Assembly (NCBI GenBank): GCA_903813345.2 | Contig: CAIIXF020000001.1 | Location: forward strand, 40,858,001 to 40,922,000 | Source of the DNA: Owenia fusiformis | Lineage: Eukaryota | Length of the DNA: 64,000 nucleotides | Direction: 5' to 3' | Shown here: one piece after another, positions 1 through 13,389 of the stretch | How positions within the stretch are numbered: position 1 is the stretch's first letter | Layout: each line of letters begins with the position of its first letter | Position numbers and translations under genes: made by a program | Notes under the pieces: generated by a model | Seen by the model: the letters and a program-made list of their open reading frames with translations, nothing else | Databases searched by the model: none | Told to the model about the DNA's origin: nothing

Positions 1-148
1 AAAAAATTGCAACATTTTTTATTTTTTAATTTTCTTAGGTAACAAAACTTATAGGGCTAAATTGTATTTGTGGGCATAAACATTTGCCAATATAATATAT
101 ATACAATATAATTAATTATATTAAATATATTTATTCCTGGATACTTAC

Positions 149-1599
149 AGCAATCTGTTCAGGGGTCCATGTATCAAGATTGACAGACTTCACCTTTGAT
201 ATATGAACACCTAAATTTCTGTGAATGCCTGCACATCTGATACAGAGGAATATACCAAGGTTCCATGATGCCCATCTTGGACCTGGTGATATAAAATAAT
301 GTGATGATAATAAAATTGGGGCAATATGGCAATATATATTGAGCATCATGATTGTATAGTTACAATATCATGATAGTTGTATAGTTCCAGCACAATGATA
401 GTACAGTATAATTATTCTATTTGAGGACCTTGATTCTACATTAAGCTGTCAGAAATAACTAGGTACCATTTTTTTTACTACCTACGGCCCTTGGGCAGAT
501 ATATTATATTGGCCTCAGGATAATCCCAATATCCTGAACCTCATATAGGATAATCTCTATTTGTTCTATAGATAACACTGTACTCGTCACATACAGCACT
601 TCGGCACAAATCACTTCAAAATAGCTAGGACAGAGTCTTTTATAGTGATCTGCGGTATTGCCTGAAGTACCGTTATGGTGGCATTCTGGCCTAATGTCGG
701 CATTGAAATTCAAATACCCCATACTAGAATATCTAAAGAATCAATTAAACTTACCAGAAATCGCAAGATTAAGTGTTTAACATCGATAAAAAGTGAAAAA
801 AGTAATCTCTCAACATCGGAAATATTTACATTTTGTTTTTGTCTCCTTTTTGAAGAGTTTGAATTTGAGGAATGACTACGTTAAATAGCTGGCTGTAGAT
901 GGCTTAATTCAATGCAGGAATTATTGATAATCAGGTAAGACATTGATAAATCATGACTACAGTGCTCACCATGAATGACACCTGGATTTGCTGAAGTGAG
1001 GATTTCCCATGTTAAAAAGAAGAGAATTTTCAAGAGGCTATACATCAGTGGATGAGAGTATACAAAATGTAAAATATACAAAACTAAAGGGATGACTAAT
1101 TGAAAGCCCATGGTCTCAACCACCATGGTCTGGAAATGGTGATAGAAAATCCAGGTGTCATTTATTTATGGTGAGCACTTTATAAACTGCGTTTGTATGA
1201 AAGGGACATATTCACCACCAAAAACGTTGACAATTCTAAACTCAGTCACAAAAATGTACGAATTCGCAAACGTAGACCCAAAACCGGGGTATCTAATGGT
1301 AAGGTATCGCAGTAATACTTGCAACAATCTGTTTAGTGTTTCGTCAATGTTCCCTCAGTCCTGCGAGATGGAGAAACCCTCTACATTGTGCGGCCTGGTT
1401 CCTTGGTGTTCAGTAAGGTGTCACAAAAATTGTAACAGAAAAATATTGAAAAAAAATCAAACAGAAATTGAAAACACCCACCTTTAGCATCACAATCTAC
1501 GCAGTATTTATTGTCTTCATCTTTCAGTAATGTAGACAGAATGACTTGATGTCGTTCTTGCATCACCTTATTTTTATCTCGATCGGATCGGGTAGACAT
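149..1599 (-). CDS. SMAP1: Stromal membrane-associated protein 1/2-like ArfGAP, first two coding exons (1599-1482, 282-149); gene continues off the left edge
   Basis: Spliced translation [11 protein letters not shown]...[54 protein letters not shown] gives an ArfGAP C4 zinc finger; GT-AG sites are phase-consistent. SMAP1 versus SMAP2 is not resolvable. Confidence 0.92.
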
Positions 1600-2479
1600 T
1601 ATAATGACAATTAGGATAATTGGAAGAATCTGTAAAATATGACAAATTTCAAGAAAATGGCTCTGACCGTATCACAAACTCGCGATTCACTTCCGTTTCA
1701 TAACTTTGAACGTAAATATGTAGAATAAACTGTTTATACTATCTCATTTTGATTATACAATATATTTTGTTACAAAATCAAAAAATACATCTACATATGT
1801 ATCGAAATTACTTGTTCCCTGGGGGTAAATTCAGCATAAATTTAGAACTTTATTTTGAGGATGCATATCCGGTGATGTCACGCGAATGAATAAATTAGTC
1901 CCAAGGTCGAATCCAATATTATATTTACGCTGGACCGATTGATATTCATTTTACGAATTTACTGTATTAGAATGGTTAAAAGAACGTAAAATCCTGATTA
2001 CATTGCTGTAAGTATATTCAAATATATAAAGTGTTTGAAAATACATAGAATACGATTTCTTTCCATGGGATTATTGTGTCCAAACTTTCAAATTTTTCCA
2101 TTTACTATCAAAATTTTTGACACAACTTAGATATAGGCTATTTCATTTGACATCTCTGAGATTTTAGACGACTGAGATAATTTTTACCGACTGTCTCCTG
2201 TATCAACAATTGTCGGGAGACTGCCCAGTATTTTGCTCCCGTACCGACAATTGTCGGTACTGGAGACTGCCCAGTGAGTATTTGCTTTGGTACTGACAAT
2301 TGTCGTCACTCTATCCATGGGCTTTCAATTAGAAGTCTAGTTGAAAGCCCATGCTCTATCTTACTATATTTGCACATAGCCATCTTTAGATAGATGGCTA
2401 TGCATTACTCGAGTCTCTAGCCAATTCTTGGCTACAAGTGTTTCCATCTGGAACACCGTGAACTATTGTAAAATCTTAA

Positions 2480-3236
2480 GGTCTCATGGAAGTTAACAGG
2501 AAATGACAAAACAAAAAATGACAAAGCCATGCTGGATTTTGAAAATTTTTTGAACCAAGATAACAGAGTTCTGTTTGGACCTCCAGTCAGTTTAACTAGT
2601 TCCAAATATCATTTACATGACCAGGAACACAATTGAAATGGTCAGAATGACCATAAACATGATAAAATAACCTTTTTAGCCCTCTGAAAATGTGACTGAA
2701 AAATAGCTAAAAGTAGGTGCTCAGGAAAGGTCAATGAACAGAATCTTTTGATTTTTTCAGAATATGTGTCCAATATATTGCTCTAAATGACACAATCTTT
2801 GAAATTTTAAAAAATCGTCTGAAACAATAATGGCTGTAGTAAAAAGGAAAATAGATCGATTTTCAATTCAGTTTTTTTCAATTTTTTCTTTTTCTAAGAA
2901 TGATATCAAATTTTTTTGAATTGTATCATTTAGAGCAATATATTGGGCACATTTTCTGAAAAAGTCAAAATATTCTGTTCAGTGACCTTTCCTGAGCACC
3001 TACTCTTAGCTATTTTTTAGTCACATTTTCATAGGGCTGAAAAGGTTATTCTATCATGTTTATGGTCATTCTGACCATTTCAACTGTGTTCCTGGTCATG
3101 TAAATGATATGTGGAACTAGTTAAACTGACTGGAGGTCCAAACAGAACTCTGTTATCTTGGTTCAAAAAATTTTCAAAATCCAGCATGGCTTTGTCATTT
3201 TTTGTTTTGTCACTTCCTGTTAACTTCCATGAGACC
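2480..3236. mobile_element. Non-autonomous foldback DNA transposon (Kolobok-like MITE)
   Basis: About 330-bp inverted arms GGTCTCATGGAAGTTAAC.../...GTTAACTTCCATGAGACC, with TTAA on both sides (2476-2479, 3237-3240). TTAA TSD with GG..CC termini fits Kolobok better than piggyBac. A degraded partial copy lies at about 4617-4735. Confidence 0.8.
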
Positions 3237-3989
3237 TTAAGCCGTCGTTCAATGAATTTATGTAATATTCTAAAAATCATTCTGTTAATATTTTATGAAT
3301 TGAAATGATGACGGCTTATCTTGTTGATGAGATATTGAATGTTTTCATTTAAAATAGATGTTGTCTCGTTCTCCATTTTGAAAGCATGCCTTTTTTTCCG
3401 CTATAGCGATTTAGTCAAGATGGCCGCTTGTTGTAAAAATTTCCTTCAGTTTTCTTTTTTGAATAAATATCCTGCGAAGTAGACCAATTTATGAAATAGG
3501 ACTGCATGTAAAGATCAATGAAGGTGAGTTTATTATGTTTACATCAATAAAAATAAGACGACTCGGCAATTTAAAGGCAAATTCAAAACAGCAAAGTGTG
3601 TCTTATTTATATTGTATGGCCACACTCAGTGGCCATAGAATATGGTAAGCTATGCATATCTTGATATTCCCAGCCCATGTTATAGGTCTTCTACAAAAAT
3701 GTAAGAAATCTTGAAAACATTTACCCTAGTTCAATCGATGCATAACATTCTAAGGTATCATTTTTCTAACCATATCGGGCTAGCTGGAGTCAGGGGATAG
3801 TGTAATTGACGAAAAATGTATTTGGAACTTGTTATTTTCCATGTCGTCTGACCAGGAAGTCTTGCCAATGCGCATGCGTGTAACCGGAAGCAGAAATCTC
3901 ATGGCATGGAAGCGCATGCGCATTACCCAACTTCCTGAGAAGCCATCTTGAAAATTATCAACTCTTCAACATTTTTCAACATCAAGATC

Positions 3990-4465
3990 TCAGAAGTTCA
4001 AATCTGACTTAAGATTTAAAATTTGAACTTCAATGACCTTTCAAGGTCAAAAAGTTCTTTTTTCAACTTGCTTCAAATTGACCAATTGTTTTTTCAAAAT
4101 CATCTACAAGTTCTCAAAAGTTCAAATCTGACTATAGATTTGACCTTCAGTGACATTGTCAAGGTCAAAAAAGATTTGACCTTCAATGACCTTCTCAAGG
4201 TCAAAAAGGTCTTTTTTCAACTTGCTTCAAATTGACCAATTTTTTTTCAAAATTATCTACAAGTTCTCAGAAGTTCAAATCTGACTTTAGATTTGAGATA
4301 TCACCTTCAATGACCTTTTCAAAGTAAAAAAACTTGCTTCAAATTGACCAATTTTGTTTTTCAAAATCATCTACAGAGTTCTCAGAAATTCAAATTTGTC
4401 TTAAGATTGAACTAATAATATTGTGAGCAACTAGGTGGTGACATTTTGTCATGTTAATGCCTTCT
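3990..4465 (+). repeat. Partial Helentron-associated (HINE/DINE-1-like) element with TTTGACCTTCAATGACCTT subrepeats
   Basis: Same internal subrepeat and 3' end (GGTGGTGACATTTTGTCATGTTAATGCCT) as the element at 36060-37093. Confidence 0.6.
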
Positions 4466-5202
4466 ATGAGGCATGTCGTGATCATAGAATTTGAAATAAA
4501 CCAGCCGCGATTTTTTTCACTTCACAATTTGAATTTCGAGTTTTGGTCTTGTCACTTATATTGCTTTAAATGACAGGAGCTTTGAAAATTTGAATTCATT
4601 TCTAGAAATGAAAAAAATATATTGGGCATGGGCACATTTTCTGAAAAATTCAAAATATTCTGTTGAGTGACCTTTCTGAAATGCTAACTTTTAACTTTTT
4701 TCAGTCACAATTTCAGAGGGCTGAAAAAGCTATTCCAAAATGAATTTTTATTTTATATCGGTATATATGTATAATTCCCCCTTCGACATTTTGAAAAGTG
4801 CTGAGACATTTCCGATGTAAACGATAACCCCATACAATTTGTGATTCAACTGCATAAAAAAAATCCTAAAATACTCAGGAATGTATCGAGGTAGGTTTTT
4901 TAAGTGTGCAATTGCATTTGCAGTACATTGTAGAAACGCTGCCTGAACAATCATTAGAGGAGTCCTAGAATTTGATAAACTTATTACTCGAGAAAAAAAG
5001 CTCAATAATGTCGCATTTTTACATTCCTGCCTCCTGAGGATAAAACTTTTTTGTTTTCTGAAAACCTCAGTCTGAAAATTACCACAAATGCTCAGGCGTA
5101 AACATGACACGTGTCTCATGTTTCTGCTGTTGAGCACATTACATATAAAATCTTACCTATTTGCTCATTTTATTTTCAGGTGAATACCTCTAGAACTCAA
5201 CA

Positions 5203-6480
5203 ATGGCATATCAACAACAGCAGCAGTATTTCCAGAATGCTGCATATCAGCAACAGTTTCAACAGAATGACCCATACTTTCAACAACAGCAACAGTATTA
5301 TGCCCAACAGCAAGCATATGCTCAACAGCAAGCATATGCCCAGCAACAGCAAGGATATGCCCAGCAACAGCAAGCTTATGCTCAGCAGCAACAAGGATAT
5401 AACCAGCAACAGTATGGGCAAACTCAGTTGGAAACCCCTGCCCAACAATCTGAAGCAATTGAGATGGATGAACTGGGTGATGGTGATGAGGAGTCTGAGC
5501 AATCAGAAATGGCCTTTGATTTTGATGATATTTCCTGGGATAATATTGACATTGATCGTATGATTGGTCCCCCTGTTATCTGGGATTACCCAAATTTGAT
5601 GGAGACTGTCGTTGAACAACCCTGGACCTTTAAGCAACTAACAGGTACAGGGCATCCCTTGAAGTGGCACTTCACAAGGCAGTCTACTGATGATACTGTG
5701 CACTGGACATTCAGTAGACAGACTCCCAAAGCCTCTACAATTCATTGGTCTTTCGATCAAAGGCTACCAAGACAAACTACGGTTCTATGGAGTTTTCAAC
5801 GACAAATGCTAAGTGGATCTTCGATCAATTGGGGATTCTTACGACAAAGTCCAGGGCAGAGTACCATAAACTGGAGGTTCAAGCCCCAAACATCGACCAT
5901 TCACCCCATTAACTTCAACTTTCCTAAGGTTACTCCACAATCTACAAGTGTGAACTGGAGTTTTCCCAGACAAATCAAAGGATCGAATGTCCATTGGGGA
6001 TTTCAAAAACAAACACCTACTGGTGCTTCAAGTGTTGTCAATTGGACATTTGCAAGGCAGACCAATCTCCATGGCAATGTTAATTGGGGCTTTGAAAAAG
6101 CCTTACAGATTCGTGATCAAGTTAAATGGACTTTCCCGAGAGTAACTGCAAGTAAAGGTAACGTCAACTGGGGCTTTACCAAGGTCACACCCACTAAAGG
6201 TTCTGTAGCTTGGGGTTTCAAGCCAGCTCTTGATAAGAACATCTGTACAGATGTTAATTGGAACTTTCCAAAGAATCTTCAGTCAGCCCAGCAAACAATG
6301 ACCTGGAACTTTGAAAGTAATGTGGGTTCGATAAAGCCTTTAAAATGGCAATTTCCCAAAGCATGTGATTACAGGGATAAAACAATTGAAGAGGTTAAGA
6401 ATGAAAATGTTAATTTTAAGGAAACATACAACAACAATTACCACAAACCGCATCATGAGTATAGAAATGTTAGGGATTAA
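5203..6480 (+). CDS. Uncharacterised 425-aa protein: Q/Y-rich prion-like N-terminus, acidic linker, about 17 x 14-aa [VIL]xWxF repeats
   Basis: Long ORF in AT-rich DNA. Acceptor ttttcag at 5173-5179, then an in-frame TAG (5191) before ATG 5203. Repeats are conserved in protein but diverged in DNA. AATAAA near 6566. Confidence 0.88.
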   Translation: MAYQQQQQYFQNAAYQQQFQQNDPYFQQQQQYYAQQQAYAQQQAYAQQQQGYAQQQQAYAQQQQGYNQQQYGQTQLETPAQQSEAIEMDELGDGDEESEQSEMAFDFDDISWDNIDIDRMIGPPVIWDYPNLMETVVEQPWTFKQLTGTGHPLKWHFTRQSTDDTVHWTFSRQTPKASTIHWSFDQRLPRQTTVLWSFQRQMLSGSSINWGFLRQSPGQSTINWRFKPQTSTIHPINFNFPKVTPQSTSVNWSFPRQIKGSNVHWGFQKQTPTGASSVVNWTFARQTNLHGNVNWGFEKALQIRDQVKWTFPRVTASKGNVNWGFTKVTPTKGSVAWGFKPALDKNICTDVNWNFPKNLQSAQQTMTWNFESNVGSIKPLKWQFPKACDYRDKTIEEVKNENVNFKETYNNNYHKPHHEYRNVRD

Positions 6481-8654
6481 AATGGGCCAAACATATAAAT
6501 ATCACATGTTGCGATATTAGAAAATACTGTTCTCCTTGGCTGATATAATAGGATCATAAATGGGAAATAAAATGGACCATTTTTCATCCTTCAAATTTTA
6601 TTTAAAATTTGTATATACAGATTGATAATACTACTGCATAGTAAAATTCTTTGGTCCCTTTTTGTTCATTGACAGTACAGTATTTACTAAAAAGTTAAGT
6701 AGTATCCATCAAATGTTACGTGTTTTCAACCATAATAAAAAAATTCGACATGTTTTATAACATTATAATTCATCCAAAAATGAAATCATTTGAACCTGAA
6801 TGTACAATTTGGCCCAAAAATATTCCAGATCATTTAAACTCAATGCCTCAGTCACATTTGCTCTCGATATGGAGAGTGAATCGCTGCCATGTTCCCTGAA
6901 ATTGTAAAATACCTTTGGCAGCTATAGAAAATCAATGATCCCCTCATAGTCGCCGTATGGCTGCATGCACCTTTTTACATGCTGAAGGTACCCCTTGCAT
7001 TCATTTGCATCTCCATTGGTGATTGTTAAAAGCCTATGGCCTCTTGGGATGCCAGGTTTTCTGTCTGCACTAATTCAAAAGATGCTGTAGCATATGTGAC
7101 TGTAGAAATTCTATGATGGCTATTGGCCAAACGGGGGCGTAGCCAGCAAATGTCGTCAGCAGGGATGCGATTTTAAGCAAATATTGTGTATAATGACCAA
7201 TGAAAGCAAATGGTGTATTTGATGCATACTGTAGATACAGACATTGTTACTTAGTATCCCATTTATCGCCTAAAAACACCTGACAAACATTTTACAAAAC
7301 ATGAAATGCAATGGGAAACAAGAAATTTCACAAATCCATGGGGATTTAATTGATGAAGATTAATCTTCATGAATTTTCACGAAAAATATTAGGAGTACAG
7401 TAGATGAACATCACAATGAGTTCATGTATTTACACATGAATATGAACATGTGCCTCAGTCAAAAGCTGAGAGAATCTCCTGTGTGTCTATATTTATTCAG
7501 ATATTAATGTTCAGTACCATGCTAAAAATTTATTTCATGTTAACTATTGTCCTACATGAAGAGCTTGTGTCATTATATCCATTACTCTATCCCAATATAT
7601 ATATACACTGCATATATAGCTGTTGTGAAATAGAGAGATGGGTGGCCGAAGAACTTCATGCAAGAATACTTATTGTCCTCATCTAGTCTGACAGCCATTT
7701 ATGTCTAAATATATTATGAACTATATGACAAATACACAGAAGGACATCCATGGTGGCTGTAAATATTTAGATTTTCAGTTGCCTAAAATGTACATAAAAC
7801 ATAGATGGACATTTTTTTAAATAAATATTACCAAAGGGGACTCACTTTGCACCATTTATAAACTAGTGTCAACCTAACTCTCAACTGCTAGCAAGTCTAT
7901 GATATTGCAAACCTTTCATTAAACTTATTTTCTCTAATTATTGTGATGCACAGCAACACTGCAAAACGTAACCCCAAATAGACATCTTTCCATCGAAACC
8001 TGAAGATTTTGGTGTTGTTTGGGTTTTTCAAATTTTATGAATTAAACACACTGTATATAATATGATTGAATATTGAAAGGATATAATAATTGTTCAAAAT
8101 GTCTATGTCTATGTCAATAATCTGCAAAAGGCTAATAAGCCCATATAAAGCAGATATATAATTTAACAGTGATAGAATTTGAATAGAATATAATTTAAAA
8201 CCTTAACATTTAAAAATAGATCTATGGTTTACAACTCATTTTACCTGGGGAGACTGTCAGGCTACCGCGTTGACATCACCCCTCTTTACCAGTAGTGCAG
8301 GCAAACAAGTGTTTTAAGAACCAGGTTTTACCCCGTATAAAGTGTTTTTTTATAAAACTAACCAGAAAGAGCTTTCTATTTCTAAGAATTAATATGGTAT
8401 ATAAGGTAAAACTATGTACAGTATTTATAAGTGTAGTCAAGTTATAATGTTTTCATGTATTAACATATTATGTGTGACTGATTGTCTTGTGTGTAATATA
8501 GTGTTATTAATTCTCTGTAAAGTATATGTAAATATTCCTTTATTATTTAGTTATACAAAATATTTAGTTTTATACATTATATTTCCAGTCTGTTTGTTGA
8601 CTGATACTATTTTTATTTTATATATATCAGGGTTATGTACTGGAAGGTTTTGCA

Positions 8655-8740
8655 TATAGGGTATATCCCGAGGGATATATTTATATCGCCCTAAGGGACC
8701 AAAGGGAGATATAAATATATCCCTCAGGATATACCCTTTA
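8655..8740. repeat. Short imperfect hairpin (TE-derived palindrome)
   Basis: AGGGTATATCCCGAGGGATATATTTATATC...GATATAAATATATCCCTCAGGATATACCCT. Confidence 0.55.
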
Positions 8741-10328
8741 TCCAAAACCGACCACACATAACTGGTTTATCTCATACTTGAGTGGGTTTGGGGTAGATAT
8801 AATCCTTTCCACCTTTTTCAAATGACAAGATACCTATACTGTAAGAGCACAATTTACATGTAACATTTTCGTAATGTTCCTTTAGTTCAATGCAATGAAA
8901 TTGTAACATTTAAACTTTTTAAAAAATTTTAAACTTTTGAAAAATTCCCGGGAGCGTGATGTTTATTTATATCTGCCTGCGTTTGGCCTGGAGCGGGACA
9001 TATGCTCTGTTCCTCAAACAGAATTGCTTGTGCATAAAGGCTTGCTACAAGACTGCCTGTGTTCACAGATGCATTATTAGATCATCATTACATTCATTTT
9101 ATGATTCTCGAAATTAGGCACAATGTTTCAAAAGCCTTTATCAAATATCTTTATTTGTATTATTATTGGAAAACTGGGTATAGTAAATATGCCAATTTTA
9201 TAATATATTTTCCCTTTTTAAGCATATGAAACAAAACCAGCCATTTATGTGTTGAATAATGGATTTTCGGGTATACAAATGTATATCGTAGAATCTTCTA
9301 CTATATTATTTTATGATAAATACGTATATTCAATATACCTATGACTTTTAAATATTCTGGAATGTTTAAATCATTTAAAATTTAATGATAAATATGAGGA
9401 CAGTAACAAAATGTTATATTTTATTTGATTTACTGCAAATAAATGTTATATATGAACCTAATTTTTGTGCTCATTCCTTTAGCCATGTTAGAACTTGCAG
9501 GCAATTTAGATATATTTTCGGAAATTGTAAAATCATTTGGATATACTACTATTACAGTGGCGGATCCAGAAGCTAACAAGGGGGGTCCAAATTTTGATTC
9601 AGTAAAAAATTCTCCTTGAAAAAAATTTTTGGCCCCTAAAACCCAAAATTGAGCCCAAATTTTGAAAATTGAAGGCCTTGCCAAAAAAGGCCCATTTTTT
9701 GAGGCCTTAGAAAATCCTGGGCCCAAATTTTTTTCTGGGCCCACAAAAAAGGGCCAAGAGACACAGATCATCTGTTTTTTTCAAAAATAGACCCATTTTC
9801 GATGAAGTTCCACAATTTTGGATTCACATTGTCATTTACAAATTGCAATTTATGTAATTGGAAATTAAAGCTGATCGGATAGATATAGAGAGAGCCAAAA
9901 AAGGTAACCCAATCAAATCTTAATAACTCAGTCATCGAGTATGGGTTAAAACTCATATTTGGCACAGTTGAACCTTGGTTTTTGCATTCACTTATGTTCC
10001 ATTGGTTTGTTCCAAATGGTCACAATTTTATGGCCATTTTACAAAACATGCTCGAAATGTCACTCTTCTTTTTGGAGGCAAACTTGAACGTATCAGGTGA
10101 AGTTTTTTGTTTGATTACAAGCTCACAGATATCTTGTGCAATGGCTCTCATTTGCCTTCTTATCTCTTGTTTCAATTCACTGATGCTTCTAGGGTTGTTA
10201 ATATAAACGTTATCTTTGAAATAGGCCTAAAGATAAAATTCTAGGATTTCATATTGGGAGATTTTTGTATGATTTGGCATTCAACCCTGTATTTAAGATA
10301 TGATTACATTTTCGGGCAGTTTTTTTTG

Positions 10329-10470
10329 ATGTCACCACCATAATAGCATAAGTGGTAACTTTTTGGTGGAATGTTCGGTGGTTGATGTTTGGCATTCAGT
10401 GGTTGATGTTTGGTGGTCGATATCTGTATCAAATAGTAGGTGGTGACATTTTGCATGTTAATGCCTTGTT
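10329..10470 (+). mobile_element. Short HINE-like element
   Basis: ATGTCACCACC ... GGTGGTGACAT sub-terminal inverted repeats followed by TTTGCATGTTAATGCCTTG; same 3' end at about 4434, 24801 and 37062. Confidence 0.55.
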
Positions 10471-12614
10471 TGGGTTACCCTGTAGTATGCACTTGATCAT
10501 AAATCAAAGAATAAATTTTTATTACATGTATGTCCCTACCACCATGTGCGGGCCATGTCGTTGGCCTTGGCACGTATGCCTCTCTGTCTGTACATCTGAC
10601 ATTTTCTCAAAAATTGCAACAGATATCACCTTCAAATTTTCAGGGATAACTTTTTGCTACATACAGGTGTGGTACAGAAAGATAAAATCATTGTCTGCAT
10701 TAGGTTTTAGGCATGTTTGCTAAATCTTGGCAGCCATTTTGAAAAGTCGGCAAGCAATCTATTTTTGTATCATATTAAAACATGATGCTTTTGAGTTTTT
10801 ATAAAGAAACTATTTATTAGCTTTAAAAATTATTTCGAGTGTTCTGCATTGTGAAATAAATGAGATAATTTTGTAATAACATTCAATAATACGAGTATGC
10901 TTGCATAAATGTATAATTGAACACATTTTCAATCAATGTGCTTAATACATGTGATTTACTAATAAAGCCATAGATTTTGTAATTGTACAAATATATTTGT
11001 CTTCTTTAATGCTTCAGAAGATCATATTATACATGTAATCTTTGCCACCAGGGGGATTTTGGGACTTTGAGATAATGTGAAAAAGTGAGTACATTCATAC
11101 TGTTCCAGTGATCTCCACAGGATTTTTTCTCAAGTGGGTGCAAAATCCTCATTTTTACAATTCAGACCAAAATTGGTCAAAATATGCCAATTTTTCATTA
11201 TTTTTCTCATTTTCAAGTGGATGCAAATGGATTTTCAGGTGGGTGCAAGCCTATTTTCAAAATCTCAGGTGGGTGCTGCGCCCACTTGCTTTAATGCTGG
11301 GGAGACCACTGTGTTCCTATGAATTATGAATCACTTTAGACTCAACTTCAGTTGAAATGGACTGTTTTTCATTCCTAAATGATCACAACTATCATCAAAT
11401 GAATGGAATTCATTTTTCATTAAACAGTTTAAATATTCCAATTCATTTTATCTTAACAATCCTGACTCACTTTGCATTTACTATAACTTTCATTGTACAA
11501 AAATTCAGAATTAAGAAATCATCTCTAAGGCCCAAGCTAGTTTGAAAATGTTGTTTAATCATCCAAATGCTATTTGGTTTTAATAAAATATCTCTTTTGA
11601 TTCAAATCGTGAGTTGCCATGATTATGATTTTGAATCATTCCTTGAAATTTTGAATAATTCACTTCCCATGATTTTGATTTGATCAGTAATCACATGCAA
11701 AATAGGAATTAACTTCCACTGGCCTTCGAGCAAAACACTGCACAACTTTTAATAGATATGGTGAATACAAAAATATTTGATGGATAAACTAGCAAGAGTA
11801 TACTGCGCTCAATTTGAAACTACATAAATTAGATATTATAGTTTGGTGTCCTCAGTTTTTAAAAATGAATCTTTATTCATAAATCACCAAATTAAATGGG
11901 TCCAAATCCATAATACTCTAGTAGCTCATGCTGGTTGAGTATGCACTTCTATGTCCAGAGATTTTCTCTTCAGAAATCATCTATGTGAAGGTCATTGATC
12001 AATTTTGGCTTGGTAACATATTTGCCACAGAAGGCGAAATAGGTCAAATGGCCACGCCCTTTTTTACGCGAATACTCCCCCCCCCATTTTTGCATCTCTG
12101 GAACCGTTGGACATAGAAGGTTGTGTGACCACTCAAAATGTCCGGAATGGCCACATTATAGGGGGTCAATAATACATATGTATTTAAAAAAGTCAATGGT
12201 TCTCAAGATATTTGCCAAAAACTGATTTTAGCATGTTACGCACAACAGTTTTCATCTATCCTGCATCATTTAAGACTGAATCCGCAGTTCTATCTAGTCA
12301 GATCAGCGAAGGAAACAAACTTTTTTGGTTGTTGAGTTGCCCAAGAGGTCTTAGGTGAATGGGTACCCTAAACCACGAGGTTGCGAGTTTGAGACATGTG
12401 TGCTCCGTATGTTCATTCTTTTATGAGTACCATATCTAGTATCTACAAGGAATGCTGATGTATTATGAGTATTGAATATCGATTGAGTTTAATTATAAAC
12501 CACGAGGTTGTGAGTTTGAGACACATGTGCTCCTTGTGTTCATTCTGTAATGGGTACTAGTATCTACAACTAGTTATCACTAGTTTTCATGTTATGTGTG
12601 GCTATCAATTGAGT

Positions 12615-13094
12615 TTATTTATGCGGATTTCTACACTTTGTGCCTTTATTACATCCACAAAACACAACACATTTTATGTCCATTGCTCTGCAGGTGCATG
12701 TCTTGGAACTAAGGCAGGATGTTGGGCATTTGCATGGAGGAGGTAGGTCATCAGGCCTGCATGGAACTGGTAGTATTACAGGTGTAATACCATCATCTGT
12801 TGCTTTATAGCCATACTGGCATGGATCTGGTGTGATGACTTCAGGAATTGGAGCTTGTAACCACATCTTGCACTGCAGATATGCCCGCTTTATGTGTTCC
12901 TGTAGAGTTGATGAGCAGCACACAAGTTGGTTAAAATCGATGTCTTTCTTTGAGTTGTGGTACTGTTCCCACCGATATTCATCTTCCAAAAGCGAGAGAT
13001 CCATGGCTGATTTCATACCAGATAGTTTTGGACCAACTTTGCTGGTACTGTCACACCCGCTAAGTGCATGAATGGCTGGGAGACACGATACCAA
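12615..13094 (-). pseudogene. C-terminal fragment of an Academ-like transposase (H3TH motif + Cys8/CXC zinc finger), left arm
   Basis: LPAIHALSGCDSTSK...LQEHIKRAYLQCKMW...CKCPTSCLSSKTCTCRAMDIKCVVFCGC; non-ATG start, truncated at the foldback junction. Confidence 0.75.
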
Positions 13095-13389
13095 ATTGTT
13101 GACCTACCTCCTCCATGCAAATGCCCAACATCCTGCAGTAGTTCCAAGACATGCACCTGCAGAGCAATGGACATAAAATGTGTTGTGTTTTGTGGATGTA
13201 GTAAAGGCACAAAGTGTAGAAATCCGCATAAATAAACTCAATTGATAGCCACACATAACATGAAATCTAGTGATAACTAGTTGTAGATACTAGTACTCAT
13301 TAAAGAATGAACACAAGGAGCACATGTGTCTCAAACTCACAACCTCGTGGTTTATAATTAAACTCAATCGATATTCAATACTCATAATA

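Noticed and set aside
5111..5563. Alternative-frame and antisense Leu-rich or Ala/Val-rich ORFs
   Set aside because: Shadows of the CAG/CAA-rich coding region of the 425-aa gene
12615..13094. Host tesmin/CXC-domain gene
   Set aside because: Lies inside a TIR-bounded element, lacks an ATG start and is truncated at the foldback junction
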